Notes: a model not told the origin generated them from the sequence alone. Numbered from the stretch's first letter, positions 24,403 to 37,584 are shown. The stretch: DNA of 64,000 bases from Camelus dromedarius (GCF_036321535.1 NC_087447.1:36210001-36274000); one strand, 5' to 3'. Made by a program: numbers and translations.

Positions 24403-25249
24403 CTTTAGCTTTTACGTCAGTCTTGGGGGTCAGTTAAAAAAGTTTACAGTGTTTACTCTGCAAATTCAAAAAGTGAGTTTTGCATTTGAAATGGACATCC
24501 AGAACAGTTATCTAAATCATTTAATTCAACCTTGAATGTTTGCAGTATTGTTTATTATCACTGGTGCTTTTTTTCTTTCTGAAGTGGGACTTCCATGAAA
24601 TTCAGTCTGAAGGGCATTTGTGACTTACCTACTATTTTAAAAGAGATTCTTCTAACATCTCTAGGAAGAACAGGAAGAAAGCCTAAGTGAGACATTGCTT
24701 TACCCTGATTGGATTTTTATTGCAGAGCTGCAAAGCCCAGAAGACAGCAGTTTATAGTGGACACTGCAATTCATTTTTAAACTGTGGACTTGGGATGAAA
24801 CTGCTATGAAATAGCAATGAAAGCACAGCTTATCCTTTTTCCTAATCATTTTTGGAAAGCCCTCCACTTTCTCTCTCTCTTCCTCTGATGTTTGGTGATT
24901 ACAGTGTGAGGCTTGGCCAGGCAGCCACAAGGCCAGGTTGAGAAAAGCAGATTTAGCTCCTAAGAAATGGCCAAGTTGGAGTGGGCACCAGTCCCTGAAT
25001 TTCTTTCTAAATGGCAGCATTCCTGGGAATTCAGACCAAAGTGGCAATGCTGAAAGTTCTTGTGTCTGCCTCATGGTGGGATGATGAGAAATAAAAAGGA
25101 GAAATAAGAAGGCAGAATGTCTGGGGTGTACAAATAGTTGATAATAAAAGCCCAGAAGATCAAGGTCCCCTATCATTAACTGTTTCTGTGGCAAACAGTC
25201 TACCTTCTGTAGGCCTCTGATCTTTCTCCTCTTGTCAACTAAGGGAATA

Positions 25250-25478
25250 GAATGGTTCAATATAGTTAAAAAGACACAAAGTCTGATCCCAGATTGAATT
25301 CCAATTCTGCCATCTAATAGCTGTGTGACCTTGGGAAATCTACTTGACCTCTCTGTGCCTCCGTTTTCTCATCTGTAAAATGGGTATAATAGAACCTGCT
25401 GTGAGGCTATTTGAGCTAATACCTGGAAGATCCTTAGAACAGTGCTTGGAACATAATGAACACCTTGTGAACATTGGA
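25250..25478 (+). mobile_element. MIR SINE (near full length), followed by an antisense L2 tail to ~25570
   Basis: 'agctgtgtgaccttgggaaatctacttgacctctctgtgcctccgttttctcatctgtaaaatgggtataata'. Confidence 0.92.
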
Positions 25479-25746
25479 TTCATTCAGTCAACAATATTTT
25501 TTGAGTGCCTTTTATGTGCCAGATACTGTTCTATGCACTGGGCACAGCAGTGAATAAAGCAGTAAAACTTGCTTTGAGAGGGGTCCTTTTAGTAGAGGAG
25601 TTCAAGTTCTATTTATTATAATTATCAGAGTTTATGTCACTGCCATAGGGGCCTTCACACACAGTGCTGCTTTATTTTATTCATTGGATTTTGACAATAA
25701 GATTCTATTTTTTAAAGGGTTGTACTGCTAAATAAAACAGAACAAA

Positions 25747-25893
25747 TTGGGGATGAGGTGGGAATAGCTCAGTGGTAGAGTGCATGGTTAGCATGCATGA
25801 GGTCCTGGGTTCAACCCCCCAGTACTTCCATTAAAAAAAAAAAAAAGAAAAAGAATACAATAAAAAAAAAGAAGTTTGGGGAAAAATAAAATA
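25747..25893 (+). mobile_element. tRNA-Ala-derived short SINE (camelid vic-1 type)
   Basis: A box TAGCTCAGTGG, AGC anticodon arm, B box GGTTCAACCC, A-rich tail, 13-bp TSD AAAACAGAACAAA at 25734-25746 and 25894-25906. Confidence 0.92.
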
Positions 25894-26094
25894 AAAACAG
25901 AACAAAGCACTGTTAACAGCACTCAAGCTTTGGAATATCATTAAATGGTTTCTGATTAGAACAGGACTAATGAAATTACTCATATGTAGACATGTTATCA
26001 TGAGCATATAGGGACTACCTCCCAAGCTTTTAAATTAAATAAAGTTGTTTTAAAAAAAGGTAAAAAAAAAAAAAAAAAGCGGAACAAAGCAAAT

Positions 26095-26325
26095 ACAAAA
26101 CCTTGGGTTTCATTTCTAGCTCATCTGCCCCTTCACTGTGTGACCTTGGGCAAGTTATATTAACTCTCTGAGGCTTTATTTCCTCATGTATAAAAAAGTT
26201 AATGAATAATACCTTGCACAAAGGAGAGCCTGGGAATTAGATGTTGTATCATATGAGACAATGCATGTAAAGCTCCTAGCATACGTTTGACTTGTAGTGA
26301 GGGTTCTATAAATACTAGCTATTAT
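26095..26325 (+). mobile_element. MIR SINE
   Basis: 'ctgtgtgaccttgggcaagttatattaactctctgaggctttatttcctcatgtataaaa'. Confidence 0.9.
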
Positions 26326-27229
26326 GCCTTTGCTTTTAGTTCTGGGGATTCTGGAAGTCAGTGGTTTTAAGTTAAAAGTTCCCCAGGCTGGTGGAAGAGG
26401 AATTTGAATCATTTTCTCCTGCGGTGTCCCATGGTTGTTCACGAGTGCCTTGGGAACCACCTTTTTTGGAGAAAAACTGTAGAGATCCAGAATTTCAATA
26501 AAGCCGCCCAAAGATGGAGCGGGTTTTCTTGAGAGGTAGGAGTCCCTTGTCATGAGGGGTAGACAACCGGTTGGCAGAGATTTGTAAAGGAATGAGCCTC
26601 GCATCTATGGTTTTTGAATACTGTTTCTAGCACTAAGATTACGGAGCCTTTGATCATCAACATTTGATCCAGCTGGGGAAGGAAACCCTAGTGAGGGGCA
26701 CCCGATCATCCCAGCACCTTGGGGGTGCTCATTTCTAAAGGGCACCTGGTGACCTCCGAGGCTTGCTGCCCAGCCAGGAGGGGCACTCATTCTGACATTG
26801 CTTCTAGTACTACTTCTCCCGAGCGTAGTTATTTCTTGGACACTGATGCTAAGGTTGAGCTGGAGAGAGGCATGTCACTCCTTCACCACGTTGTTTATCC
26901 AGAGAGTGAGGGTAGCTGAGTCTTGGCGTCACATTTCTCCTTACACTCCTTTTTCTGGGGATGGAATAGATTGAAATGACTTCAGAGCCAGGTGGCTAGT
27001 GGAGGAGCATGCCTATGTCTGAACACCGGCCAGCTCTGGGGAAACCACAACCAGCTTTTAATTTTGGTCTCAGTCACTCCTCCATCTTTGTTTACTACCT
27101 TGGAATTGCCTACAGGCAGTGAAAAAGCAAAGTCACTGTGTTTGCTGGATTCATTTGCTCTTTTCTAATGATAAGCAGTTTATTTGTTTTGAAAAAACCA
27201 TTTCCTGAGCATCTGTGGTACAAAGTACC

Positions 27230-27375
27230 TGCTAGCCACTATTCTTCTGTTCTTTCAAAGTTCCTGCTATGTGCCAGGCACTGTGTGAGGGCCTGGAGAT
27301 ACAGGGCTGAGAAAAGACACAATTGGTCCTTTTCTTGGAAGTTACAGCCCAGCAGGGGAGACGGGCATTGAGTGA
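27230..27375 (-). mobile_element. L2 3' fragment
   Basis: 'ctgctatgtgccaggcactgtgtgagggcctggagatacagggctgag'. Confidence 0.75.
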
Positions 27376-27858
27376 GGAGTTCTAAGGTCCTGATTGTGAA
27401 GGGGAGACAGACCCACACAGACTGTCTGAATGGTGGCTGTTCCTTACCCTTCTTGTCCCAGTCCCCAGTGGCCCTGGCCTTGGTTTGGCAAACTTGGCAC
27501 ATTGTCTGATCTCCTAGGTTCCTGTCTCACTTCCTGTGCCAATGTCTGGGTCTCATCAAATCCTGAGTGTCAGTGAAATGCAGCTAGTCTTTGTCCCCTT
27601 ACCCTGGTCAATTCCCTCTGCTCAGGCAGCTCAAGGAAATGCCCACCATTTACCCCACACACATCTCCTAGCCAGACAGCCTTTCAGCCTTCATAATCTT
27701 TGCAACAAACCAGAATCCTCTGGCTTGTAACAGAAGGAAAGCTCGGAGGGATAAGAGTGACGTGGGGTATGTATTGCCAAGCTAGCTGGTTTAGGGGAAC
27801 ATGAAGAGAGAGAAAAGGAGAAACAATGTACTTGAATGAGCTGCTTTATGAGAGTGAC

Positions 27859-28103
27859 TTTTTTTTTTTTAAAGAATTTATTTTTTAGAGCAGTTTTAGG
27901 TTCACAGCAAAATTGAGCAGAAGGTACAGAGATTTCCCATATACTCCCTACCCCCACATATGCACTGCCTCCCCCATTGTCTGCATCCCCCATCTGAGTG
28001 GTACATTTGTTATAGTTGCTACATTGACACATCATTATGACATAAAGTCCATAGTTTACTCTTTGTGTTGTATGTTCTATGGGTTTGGAAAAATGTTTAT
28101 GAC
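27859..28103 (-). mobile_element. L1MC-like 3' end
   Basis: Poly-T followed by 'tttagagcagttttaggttcacagcaaaattgagcagaaggtacagagatttcccatatactcc'. Confidence 0.9.
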
Positions 28104-30084
28104 TTTTAGAATACATCTGCAGTATTTTAAACCTAGATTTTGTGAATCCTCTATGCCGTGTTCCCTAACTTCAGGCATCCCAAACTTTAGGCATTTCTGT
28201 TCCACCTCTGCATTTTTGCAATAACCATATATAATTGGCTCAGTTAAAAAAAAAAAACAAACAACAAATAAGTGAATTTTAAAAGTATCATATTCATTTT
28301 TTATTAACCTTCATAGCTCTTATGTACATTATATGTAACTATTAAGTATAGCCTTTATAATTTTTCAAATGTTCTTGCCACACTGCCATCTCGGGTACCC
28401 TCAGGTAACTTGCTCCATTCTTAGGGAGAGTCTGCCTAAGGCGTTCCTGAATGGACTTTCAGAAGGATCTTGAATCTCCTACAACTGGTCAAAATTTTGT
28501 CTATGTCTCATTTTCCTGGGGAAACACTTCAAAGTTTTCATCATATAAAGGAGGCCAGGACCAGATAAAGAGAAGAGCCACAATTTACAGTTCTTAGAAT
28601 TACAACTAACTTTTGTTTACAAAGATTTCATCTTCCCAGGAAGAAGAACAGTTTTCTATGAGAAATGCACTTTTTACTCATAAAATACCCTTTTACTCAT
28701 AAAATATCCTGTTTTTTTTTAAAATGAGGTGCAGATAAACTGCAAATTGAAAAATGGTAATGGCCTCTCCCACATCTTCTCATCTCTATTTGTTTTCAAC
28801 CTTCAGCATGTGAACGTTAATTCCTCATGAGAGTACAGTGACTATTTTCTGATCCAAAAATTGTGATGTATGGTCCAATAAAGAATTTGTGTGTATATAT
28901 TATGCCTTTCAGAGGTATAAAAGAAAAACTCCAGTTAATATATTTAATGAGTTGCCTTTATTAAACAGAAGACATTGCAAAAAAAAATTGTTTTAGGCAC
29001 CTATCCTGGAATATCCAGAATGTAGGTTCACTATAAATATAGGTCATTGAATGTTTCAGAGAAAAATGAGCAAAAGGAAAGCTGCTTGTTAGGGTAGAAA
29101 TATAACTTGATAAAGTGCCTCTGGAAAAAAGCACCATCGTGCTAGATCATACAAACCACAAGGAGCTCACTGCTTGTATAAAAGTGGACCAAGCCACATG
29201 TCTTTCTCTGCCTCTGGGATAACACGCCAGGCGGGGACACAAAGGGCACTTTGTTAATTCTTTCCAGCTCAGCCCCTCTGCCTTAGAAAGAGTATTAATA
29301 AATCTCTATTTGTTTCCTGCCTCCTTTCGCCAAAGATTCATGACACTAGATACAAAGATAAAATTGAAATGGGAATTTGAAATCAGGACTAAGAAAATAT
29401 AAGTAAAGAGAAGACAAACCAAGGGAGATGGGGAGGATATACATACGCGTGCATTAGGGGTCTACATAATTGCTAAGCTTCACGTTTGACATGGAACTTT
29501 CTGGCAGCCAAGACAAAAAGGGACAGGTTTTGTGGATTTTACTGTTAGAGAAGAAAAACCCCCTCGTCATTAAGAGGAACCTAAGTGCTCGCAGGTTTGT
29601 TCCTTTAGGTTAAATTTCCTATGTAGGGCACACTGAGGGTGTGGAGGACAATGTCCTCTTTAGCTTGTTTCTTTATCTTATTAAGCTTTTGTCATCCCGT
29701 GGTTCCTCATGCTGAGCTGATTTCCTCATTTCAGGTGGCCTCCTTTGTAGTACTTGTCACAGATGTACATTTATGTCCACTCATGAGATTATTTTGAAAG
29801 CTTGCTTTCTCCACTAGACTGGAAATCTCATAAGGCCTGGGCAACATTGTCTTTAGTCCTTGCCTCTGAGCCCTCAGTCAAGACTTGTTTGAACAAATGA
29901 ATAAGGCAAAAGCAGCCAGGGATTTGATGTGACTGATTTTTGTAGCACTCTCACAGAAAATCGAGGTTCTTTCAAGGATGCAAACTATACCTTGTCCAGA
30001 GAGCTTAACCACTGTGGTCCTCAGGACGTCTCCAAGTTCATTTACTCTACTGTACCCTTCAGAGATAGTTAATAATAACTCCAG

Positions 30085-30260
30085 TGTCTTGTGGACCTGC
30101 AGTAAATCCAGTCCTGTAGTAGGCACTTAGTACACGTTGAAGCTAGTCCTCGATGAGGGAAGCTGAGGCTCAGGGGAGGGAGAGGGCTTGCCCAAGGTCA
30201 CATGGTGGGTAAGAGTCACAGTGCAGGTCTGCCTGACTTCACAGTGCGTGCTCGTTCCTC
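30085..30260 (-). mobile_element. MIR SINE
   Basis: 'gatgagggaagctgaggctcaggggagggagagggcttgcccaaggtcacatgg'. Confidence 0.75.
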
Positions 30261-32819
30261 TCTGCCTGCTGTGTCCGAGCCTCCGCCACAAGTGTCTGTA
30301 TGAGTTATGGGTTCTTATCTCTTGGCAATTAGAGCTGCACAGCAAGGTATTTCTGGCACAGGCCATTGCTGCTTTCTGACAGCTGTTAACATTCCAGTCT
30401 GACTTGAGTTGGGGAAAGAAAGCCCACACCCGGGCTTGGCCATGGCCATCTCAGAACTCATTTTCCCTGGCTTTTACACACAAAGAATGTGTTTATTGCT
30501 CTTGTCACACTGTCTCCTGAAGTGCAGGTGCATTAACATTGAATATTATTTTCATAAAAGTCACTAGGGAGAAAGGGAGAAGAGACACAATTCGGTTGTC
30601 TCAAGGAATAATTGGATTTGCCCAGTGATTGGGAGAGTGGAGGGGGAAATGACAGCATACCAGGAAGTACATTTGATAGTGCATTGGATTCCACATTTAT
30701 TAGGCATGTATTTTTGATTACTTTGTGCCTGTTGTCATTCTTTTAATAGAGACCTAATTTTTAGAGTGGGATTTATTACTATGTTAAACCTCTATTCCAC
30801 AAGGCTGGCAAATGGGAGATTCACATGGCTCAGTGTTGCCACCTACTGTGTACTACATGGAGTGTCAATCTTCAGAAAATTAGAAGGCAATAAAACACAT
30901 CTTCAGACTGCAACAAGGCATAATTTGATCTGTCTGTTCTTCCACAGGGTTGCAAGTCCTCAGGGTGAGCATTATAAGTATCTGTCATCACTGTGTGCTC
31001 TACGGCACCAACGTACTGGTTCCAGTGACTTCTGGTGATTAAAAAAATACTACTTTTCCTTTGCTCCCTTGAGAATGAGCCTCCTCAAAAACATTTGCTG
31101 CCTGCATGTGGGGATCTGAATAATTGCTATATTCAGGTTTATGTGAGAGAGTGTTCCCGAAGAAGGCACTTAAGGGGATGCTTATGAATGTGACGGGGCT
31201 TTCAGTTCTATCTTTGGCCCACTAGTCTCAGTAAGGATTTTGGCTCATGTCAGTGATTTAGAAAACCTAAAAATTTTTATGTCTCCAAAGTTGTGTTCCT
31301 AGGCTGCAGGCTATTTCATATTCTAAAACTTGTTTCTGCATTTAGAAGAACACTAAAGAATAGCAGTGGGCATTGACATGCCTTCACCTTGCCACGCCAG
31401 AAAGGGACAGACAGATTCCAGCTTTGCCTGTGGGTAGACTTAGATTGAGTCTTATTCTGATTTCCTTCAGTGGCTTTGACAGGTCTTATTTGGGAGATGA
31501 AGTAGCGCAGTTACTGAACTGGTTCCTGTTGTTCCTAGTTTGAATGGTAAGAGCCAAACAATCATCCATACGTATACAGGACTTAAGATTTCACCCACTT
31601 TTCCTATAAATTATTGTTCAGGCAATTAGGGCCAAAAAAATATGAAACATTCAAGCACTACTTATTACTATATTTTCCCTCTCTTTTTTTTAACAAGAGA
31701 TCAAATTTTTAGTGTTTTACATATGAATTAGGGCATTTCTTCCCCCTAACCTCCAATTAATATCCACAATAAACAACCTTTATTGACTACATAGATCTGA
31801 AAGTTTAATATCCAGGAATGTTTGATACCCAGCAATAGAACTGCTCACTATTTGTTCATCTATTGCTTTATCCTCTTCCACTGTGGATTTGAAGCAGCTT
31901 ATGGGAAAGGCATAAAATATGAATGAAAAATAAAACAGTCAGCACCAGCAGGAGTATAAATTATACGAGGTGATTAGGCCTAAGGAGGAAGGAGAGTGAG
32001 AACAGGCTGGTACCATTTCTGTTAAGCTAAAAAGCCATTTCATTGGACAGGTTGATGTAGCCATTTTTTAAAAGCTATTTGAAAAGCTTTGGAAAGCTCT
32101 ATGTAAACATAGGCAGCTCCGTGTTCCTGACATTTCAGCTGAACTTTAAAAATTGCCTTCTTTCCCCTTTACAACCTCTACCTGACCTCTAGCACACACC
32201 CACTTCCTCTGAGCGAAGGTGGTGTCCATACCGAAAGTATTTTATCAAGTGAGGTTGCTATATTTCTGGAAATGGTGTAGCCTGGACGTCAGCCGGGCCT
32301 TTGGGAAGCCCAAATGTAGGAGGCTTATTTTGGAAACCCTTTCATTATCATTGCACTCAGGCCCTTGTGAGCAGTTCCAGGGCCTCACACCGGATGGGTT
32401 TCAATGATAGGAGGACCAAGAAAAGAAGTGTTGAAGTGGAAGAAGGGGCAGAAGTCCTTTTCTCACAAGCCAGCAGGATGCCCGATCAACTCCCTTCCAC
32501 AGCTTCTATTTCCAGCATCTCCTCCAGGACCTCCAGCCTCTGTTGCCTTCTGGAGAGCTGACACACTGGTGGTCATCTTGAAAGGATGCTGCTGACATAG
32601 GCTCCCAGGAAGCTGGTTCAGAGGATGGGCTGGGATGCAGACTTTCCTGGACCACAGAGGACAGGCTGGGCAGGGTACTTTCAGCCTCACAGCAAGTTGT
32701 AGTCTTGTGTTGACAGGCAGCTCTGCTCTTGCTTGTTACAACCAACCAGAGGTCCGCAGCTGAGAGAGCCCTCCTCCTCCACCCTCACAATTATACGTAC
32801 ACCAGGTAGGGAGTCATGT

Positions 32820-33730
32820 GACGATGATACCTCTGATTACATCTCCAGCCCTGACCCCTCCCCTGAGTGGAGACTGCTGCAGCTCGCTGCCTGCAGGACT
32901 TCTCCACTCGGGTGTGTAACAGACATCTCAGACCTACCATGTCTAAAACAGAGTTCTTGATTGATTTTAATGCCTCCTCTCTCCTTTCATTTGTCCTTCC
33001 TCAGGCTTAATCATCTCAGGAAACTGCACTGGCATCTACTCAGTTGCTCAAACCAAAAACTTGGGAGACTTCTTTGCTTGTCTCTTTCCTTCACCCTGTC
33101 ATAAATCCCATCAGTAAGTCCTGCTCTGCTTCCAAGACAATTTGCACAGCTGCATCCCCCTCAGCATCTTCACCGTTGCCATCTTGGTCCGCCCTCACCC
33201 TGTCTTGCCTGCACTCTTGCAGTGGCCTCTTTACCTAGCGTCACTATTTCTCCTCACGTCTTTTCAAAGCATTAGAGAGGCACTGCAGTCAGACCATCTG
33301 GGTTTGCATATTGGATCCTTCAATTACTGTGATGAGCAAGTTACCTAATCTTTCTATGCCTGGGTTTGGCATCTATAAAGTTGAACTGATAATAGTACTT
33401 ATATAAAAAGTTTTCATGAGGATTAAAAGAGATCATACGTGTAAAGTTCTTAGGACAGTTCTGAGCACACTAGTTAAGCACTAAAGAAATGTCGTTTATT
33501 ATCCCCAACCCCAAAGCCATTCCCCAAATAGCAGCTACAGAAGTCTTTTTAAAAGGCAAATCAGATCATGCATCTTCCATGGCGTGATCTTTTCTTTTAA
33601 AACTTTCTATGACTTCGTACTGTGTTTGGAAGAGAATTTAAACTCCCACCAGGTATTACGTGGCCTCCATAACCTTTGCTGTGTGACCCCCCCGTTTCCT
33701 CTTTTACCATCTGTCCCACTGGTCACCTGG
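32820..33730 (+). mobile_element. L2 LINE fragment interrupted by a MIR (approx. 33265-33500)
   Basis: L2 'catctccagccctgacc...catgtctaaaacagagttcttga...cagttgctcaaaccaaaaacttggga'; MIR 'gcaagttacctaatctttctatgcc...gattaaaagagatcatacgtgtaaag'; L2 resumes at 'caaatcagatcatg'. Confidence 0.8.
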
Positions 33731-34007
33731 CCTATGAGGTGAGACTAGACTGGTATCAAAAGTACACTACCCTCATCCTTTTAAAAGATAACAGTTTTAC
33801 ATCACTTCCTATGTGCCAAATGCTTCCTTATATTTGTCTTTTTCTGGCATTCTTCATCATGCCCTGGTTTTGTTGTAATTTTGTTGAGGTTTCATAAGAG
33901 CTTTCATTCAGCTTCAGTTGTAAGTTGATTAAAGCCCACTTGGGTGATGCCTGCTAGAAGATAAGGGGAGATGGATGTGTTAGGCCCTCCCGGCCTTTTA
34001 GCTTCGA

Positions 34008-34180
34008 ATTTCTCAATGTGTGGGCTCCAGACCACAAGCAGCCAAATCACCTGGGTTGTTTGCTAAAATGCAGATTCCCTGGGCTCACCCTAGACTTGTG
34101 GCATGAGATTCTCTAGGGATAGACCCTTGAAGTCTGGTTTTTTATGACCAACCAAGATTATTTTTGTTAAAATGAATGTA
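34008..34180. mobile_element. MER5B-like MITE
   Basis: 'tttctcaatgtgtggg...atcacctgggttgtttgctaaaatgcagattccctgggc'. Confidence 0.75.
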
Positions 34181-35849
34181 TGAAGATCATTTACATTCAT
34201 ACATGTGAATGATATGTGTTCCACCTAATTAGGTGTTTTGTGATTTGGTTTTGTTCTTGATTTTTTTTTTAATTTGTAAAACTGTATATTTGCTTATTAA
34301 TTATTCATTTTATCAGAACTCATTTGCATGGCTTTTAGTCTCTGACGAGAGAGCAAGTAGGCTTTTTTCCCTTTACTTTAATCACTCTTTGGCTCCAAGT
34401 CTCAGACCCGAGTGGGCTACTTTGGTCAGTGTGTTCAATGTTCCCTGCTTAGGTGAAGCAGGGTGCCTCATTTCTGTGCCTGTGCGTTGTTGCCTGGCTG
34501 TGTGTTGGGGGGCGGGGGTGGGGGAGGGTGCTGATCTGTTCTCAAGAAGGCTGGATAGTTGTACAAGAGCAGACCTTCTCATACATTTGGCCCCATTAAC
34601 ATTATTTTTTTAAATCAAGTTTGCTCTTATTACTTCCTTTTCAGAAACAATTCTGGAATAATCAAAATTCCTAGCTCTTGAAGGCAGTGCTTTCCTCCCC
34701 TCTGTTTACTCTGTAAACAAAGGCCCCATGTTTTAATAGATGCCATAGCAGTAAAATTAGCTTTATTAGACTCTAGGTGGATTTAAAATGTAACCTAACG
34801 GCAGCTCTGTCTGGCTTCGAAGTCATGTGCTTTTCTTTGAGCGGAGAATGCGTTTAGTTGCTGTGCCTGGTAGGGGATTGAATGATTATTGAATTAAAGT
34901 GTCCAAATAACACAAGCATCCCTTATCTTTAGATGCTGCCCGGGTGGTTTTTGGCTATTGTGTTTTGAGAAACCTGGGCCTCCAGCTTGGATTTTTAATC
35001 CCACCTGCCTTCTGTCCTTGATTTAAGATTTCCTGAGTTACGCCATAAGAGGAAGTCAGCGCAGTTATGTTTCCTACCTCCACCTTCCTCATCTGCTGTG
35101 TGAGCACTCTAGGTTCTTAGAAAGCTTGAAATCTGATGCAAATTGTGCCAAAGAACCCAAAACTAACCAGCTCCTTCTCCCCTCAAAAGTCCTGGAGTGT
35201 ACTTTTATTAAATAATAACATGCTACACTGAGGTGGTTCTGTTCACTTTGTCCTAAGACTTTTATATCCACCCCTTAAAAGAAATGTAGAGCCTTTATTA
35301 GGCTAATTAACAGGGGAAACTGAGACACAGATCATTCAACCAGTTATTGGCTGAGCCCGGTCTGATTTGTGACCTGTCCTTTTTCTACTGGTCCTTGCCT
35401 TGCCATTGTGCGTGGTGGCACCATCAGGTCTGGGAAGAGCAGGCTAAATAATTTTTGGTCCTTAGGACCAAGGGTATATGTCTTACATGTCCTCAGTTTA
35501 TTAAGAACCTAGAATATTTGACAGAGTGTTTCAGAGGTAGGAGATCCATTAGTGGATGGTCATGGCTGCTTCATTGTGGACCCTTTAGTCTAAGCTTCTA
35601 ATCATTATTATAAGCACAGCCCAGGAGGTAAATGTAAAAATAATTTTCTTGCCAGTTTTTCCTGCATGGTATCCTAGCGACGATGTACTGTCTCTCCTTG
35701 GGTGTTGGGGCACCTACTGGGGCAGTATCAGAGCTTATAGAGAAAGAAGAGATGCGAAAGGCATGGTCAGAGTCACCCCTTTTAAAGTCAAGGCATAGTT
35801 TCTTCTTATTTTATCTTTTGGAGGGGTTTTAACCCACTTATTTTTAAGC

Positions 35850-36830
35850 AGCATTTTATTTTCTGATTACCAAGGTAATATATGTTTATTGTCAGACAAC
35901 TTGGAAAACAGACAATCCCAAAGAAGGAAATAAAAATCAACTGTAATCTCAACATTGTTAACATTTTGGTAAATATCCTTCTGTTAGTTTTTTTTTTCTG
36001 AACTGTCTGTCCTACAATGATTAGGTTCTAAACTCAGAGTGTAAGGGGGAAAAAAAATGTCGTAAAGTCAAGATTACCATAAACCACCATGGACAATAAC
36101 TTTTATGCAATCTCAAGTTTGGAAACTACTGAACTAGACTCAAGGAAAGAATGACTGAAAATCTATATGAAATGAAAAGTCTGGGGGTAAAAACCATTCT
36201 ACCTTTAAGATTACTATCAAATCCCTAAAGGTGAGTGGGTGGCAGTGGAGACTTGAACTGTGTTCCTGCCTGCCTATAAGGTTTATTTCATTCTGTTTTA
36301 ATATTAAGCTTCTATAACTTTCACATTGGTTAATAGATTTACTTGTGAGGGTGACATGCCACAGTGGCATCATCTTTTGGTCCAGGGGGTAGGTTCTGAA
36401 TCAACAGTAAGAAAAATGAACACAGTACACTTCCACCATAGGTGCTTACCACCCCTCCTCCAAAAAAAAAACCCTCCACATACACACATGTATACACAAT
36501 TGGGATTATTTTTTGTAACCTTTGTTTTATTTTATTCACAGTAAATATTCTATATATCAGTTTTAAAGTTTCATATATTCAATTGCAAAGATGTACCACA
36601 GTTTATTAACCAATCTCCTGTTGTGCATTTAAGTTACTTCCAATCATTTGCTCTTATTAAAATGGTGAAATGAACATTCTTGTGGACAAATCTTTGTGTT
36701 CATCCATAATTATGTCTCAAGGATAAATTCTTAGATGTGGAATCAATAGTTCAAAGGATATGTACATTTTTAAGGCTTTTAAATCGTATAGCTAATTTGT
36801 CCCCAAGAACATTGTATGCTTCCTTCAAAG
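35850..36830 (-). mobile_element. L1ME-like fragments (approx. 35850-35990 and 36500-36830)
   Basis: 'cattgttaacattttggtaaatatcctt'; 'gatgtaccacagtttattaaccaatctcctgttg...ggataaattcttagatgtggaat'. Confidence 0.7.
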
Positions 36831-37584
36831 TGTCTGTTTCCAAGCATCACTGGAAATTATCACTCAAAAGAGCCTTCCACAGTATGCCTTTTGGATGACC
36901 CATGGCTTCTATTCATTGCCCAGCCAACTTATCCTGGAAAGAATAAAAGAAATGAGGCTAGAGATGATACGCGCTTGTGGTCAGGTTCATGTGGGAGGGA
37001 TGGGGTCAGAAAACAGGAAAGGGGTGAGCTTGGAGACCATTTCTTTACTCCTGCTTCAGACATCATTTAATGCTTAATACTTATATGGCATATATAGTTT
37101 TAAAAGCACATTTGATATTATAATTTTTGATTTGGAAAATGATTTGATGTCCTGTCATCATAGACACTACAGAACAGGAATGACATTTGTATATTTATCC
37201 AAAAGGGAGTATAGATTTAAAAAAATAAATGTAGAAACACTGTTCTAATCCAAACCCTTATTTTAAGTAGAGAAACTGAAACCAGAGAGTAGAAGGGATT
37301 TCTGTAAAGCCACACAGCAAATTGATGATGGAGTTGGGAGCCAGGAGTAAAGGCTCCCAACGACCTGTTCAGAGCTCAGTCATGAGGTGGCCAGCCTGGT
37401 TCTGGGGGGGATGAGAAAGCAGACATAGGGCCTCTTTGTACAGACAACTAGGCTCTTTTCCAGGGCCTGTGGACTGCCCCTGCCCCGCCTGGACAAAAGC
37501 CCAGGTGTCTCCAGCATGGCAGTTCACATCTGCTTGATCATCTCCACCTGTGAAGGGGAGCAAACCTACACTTCAACAACTGGG

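Noticed and set aside
25747..25830. tRNA-Ala(AGC)-like sequence (also 53837-53910 on -)
   Set aside because: Poly-A tails, TSDs and broken stems identify both as SINEs rather than tRNA genes
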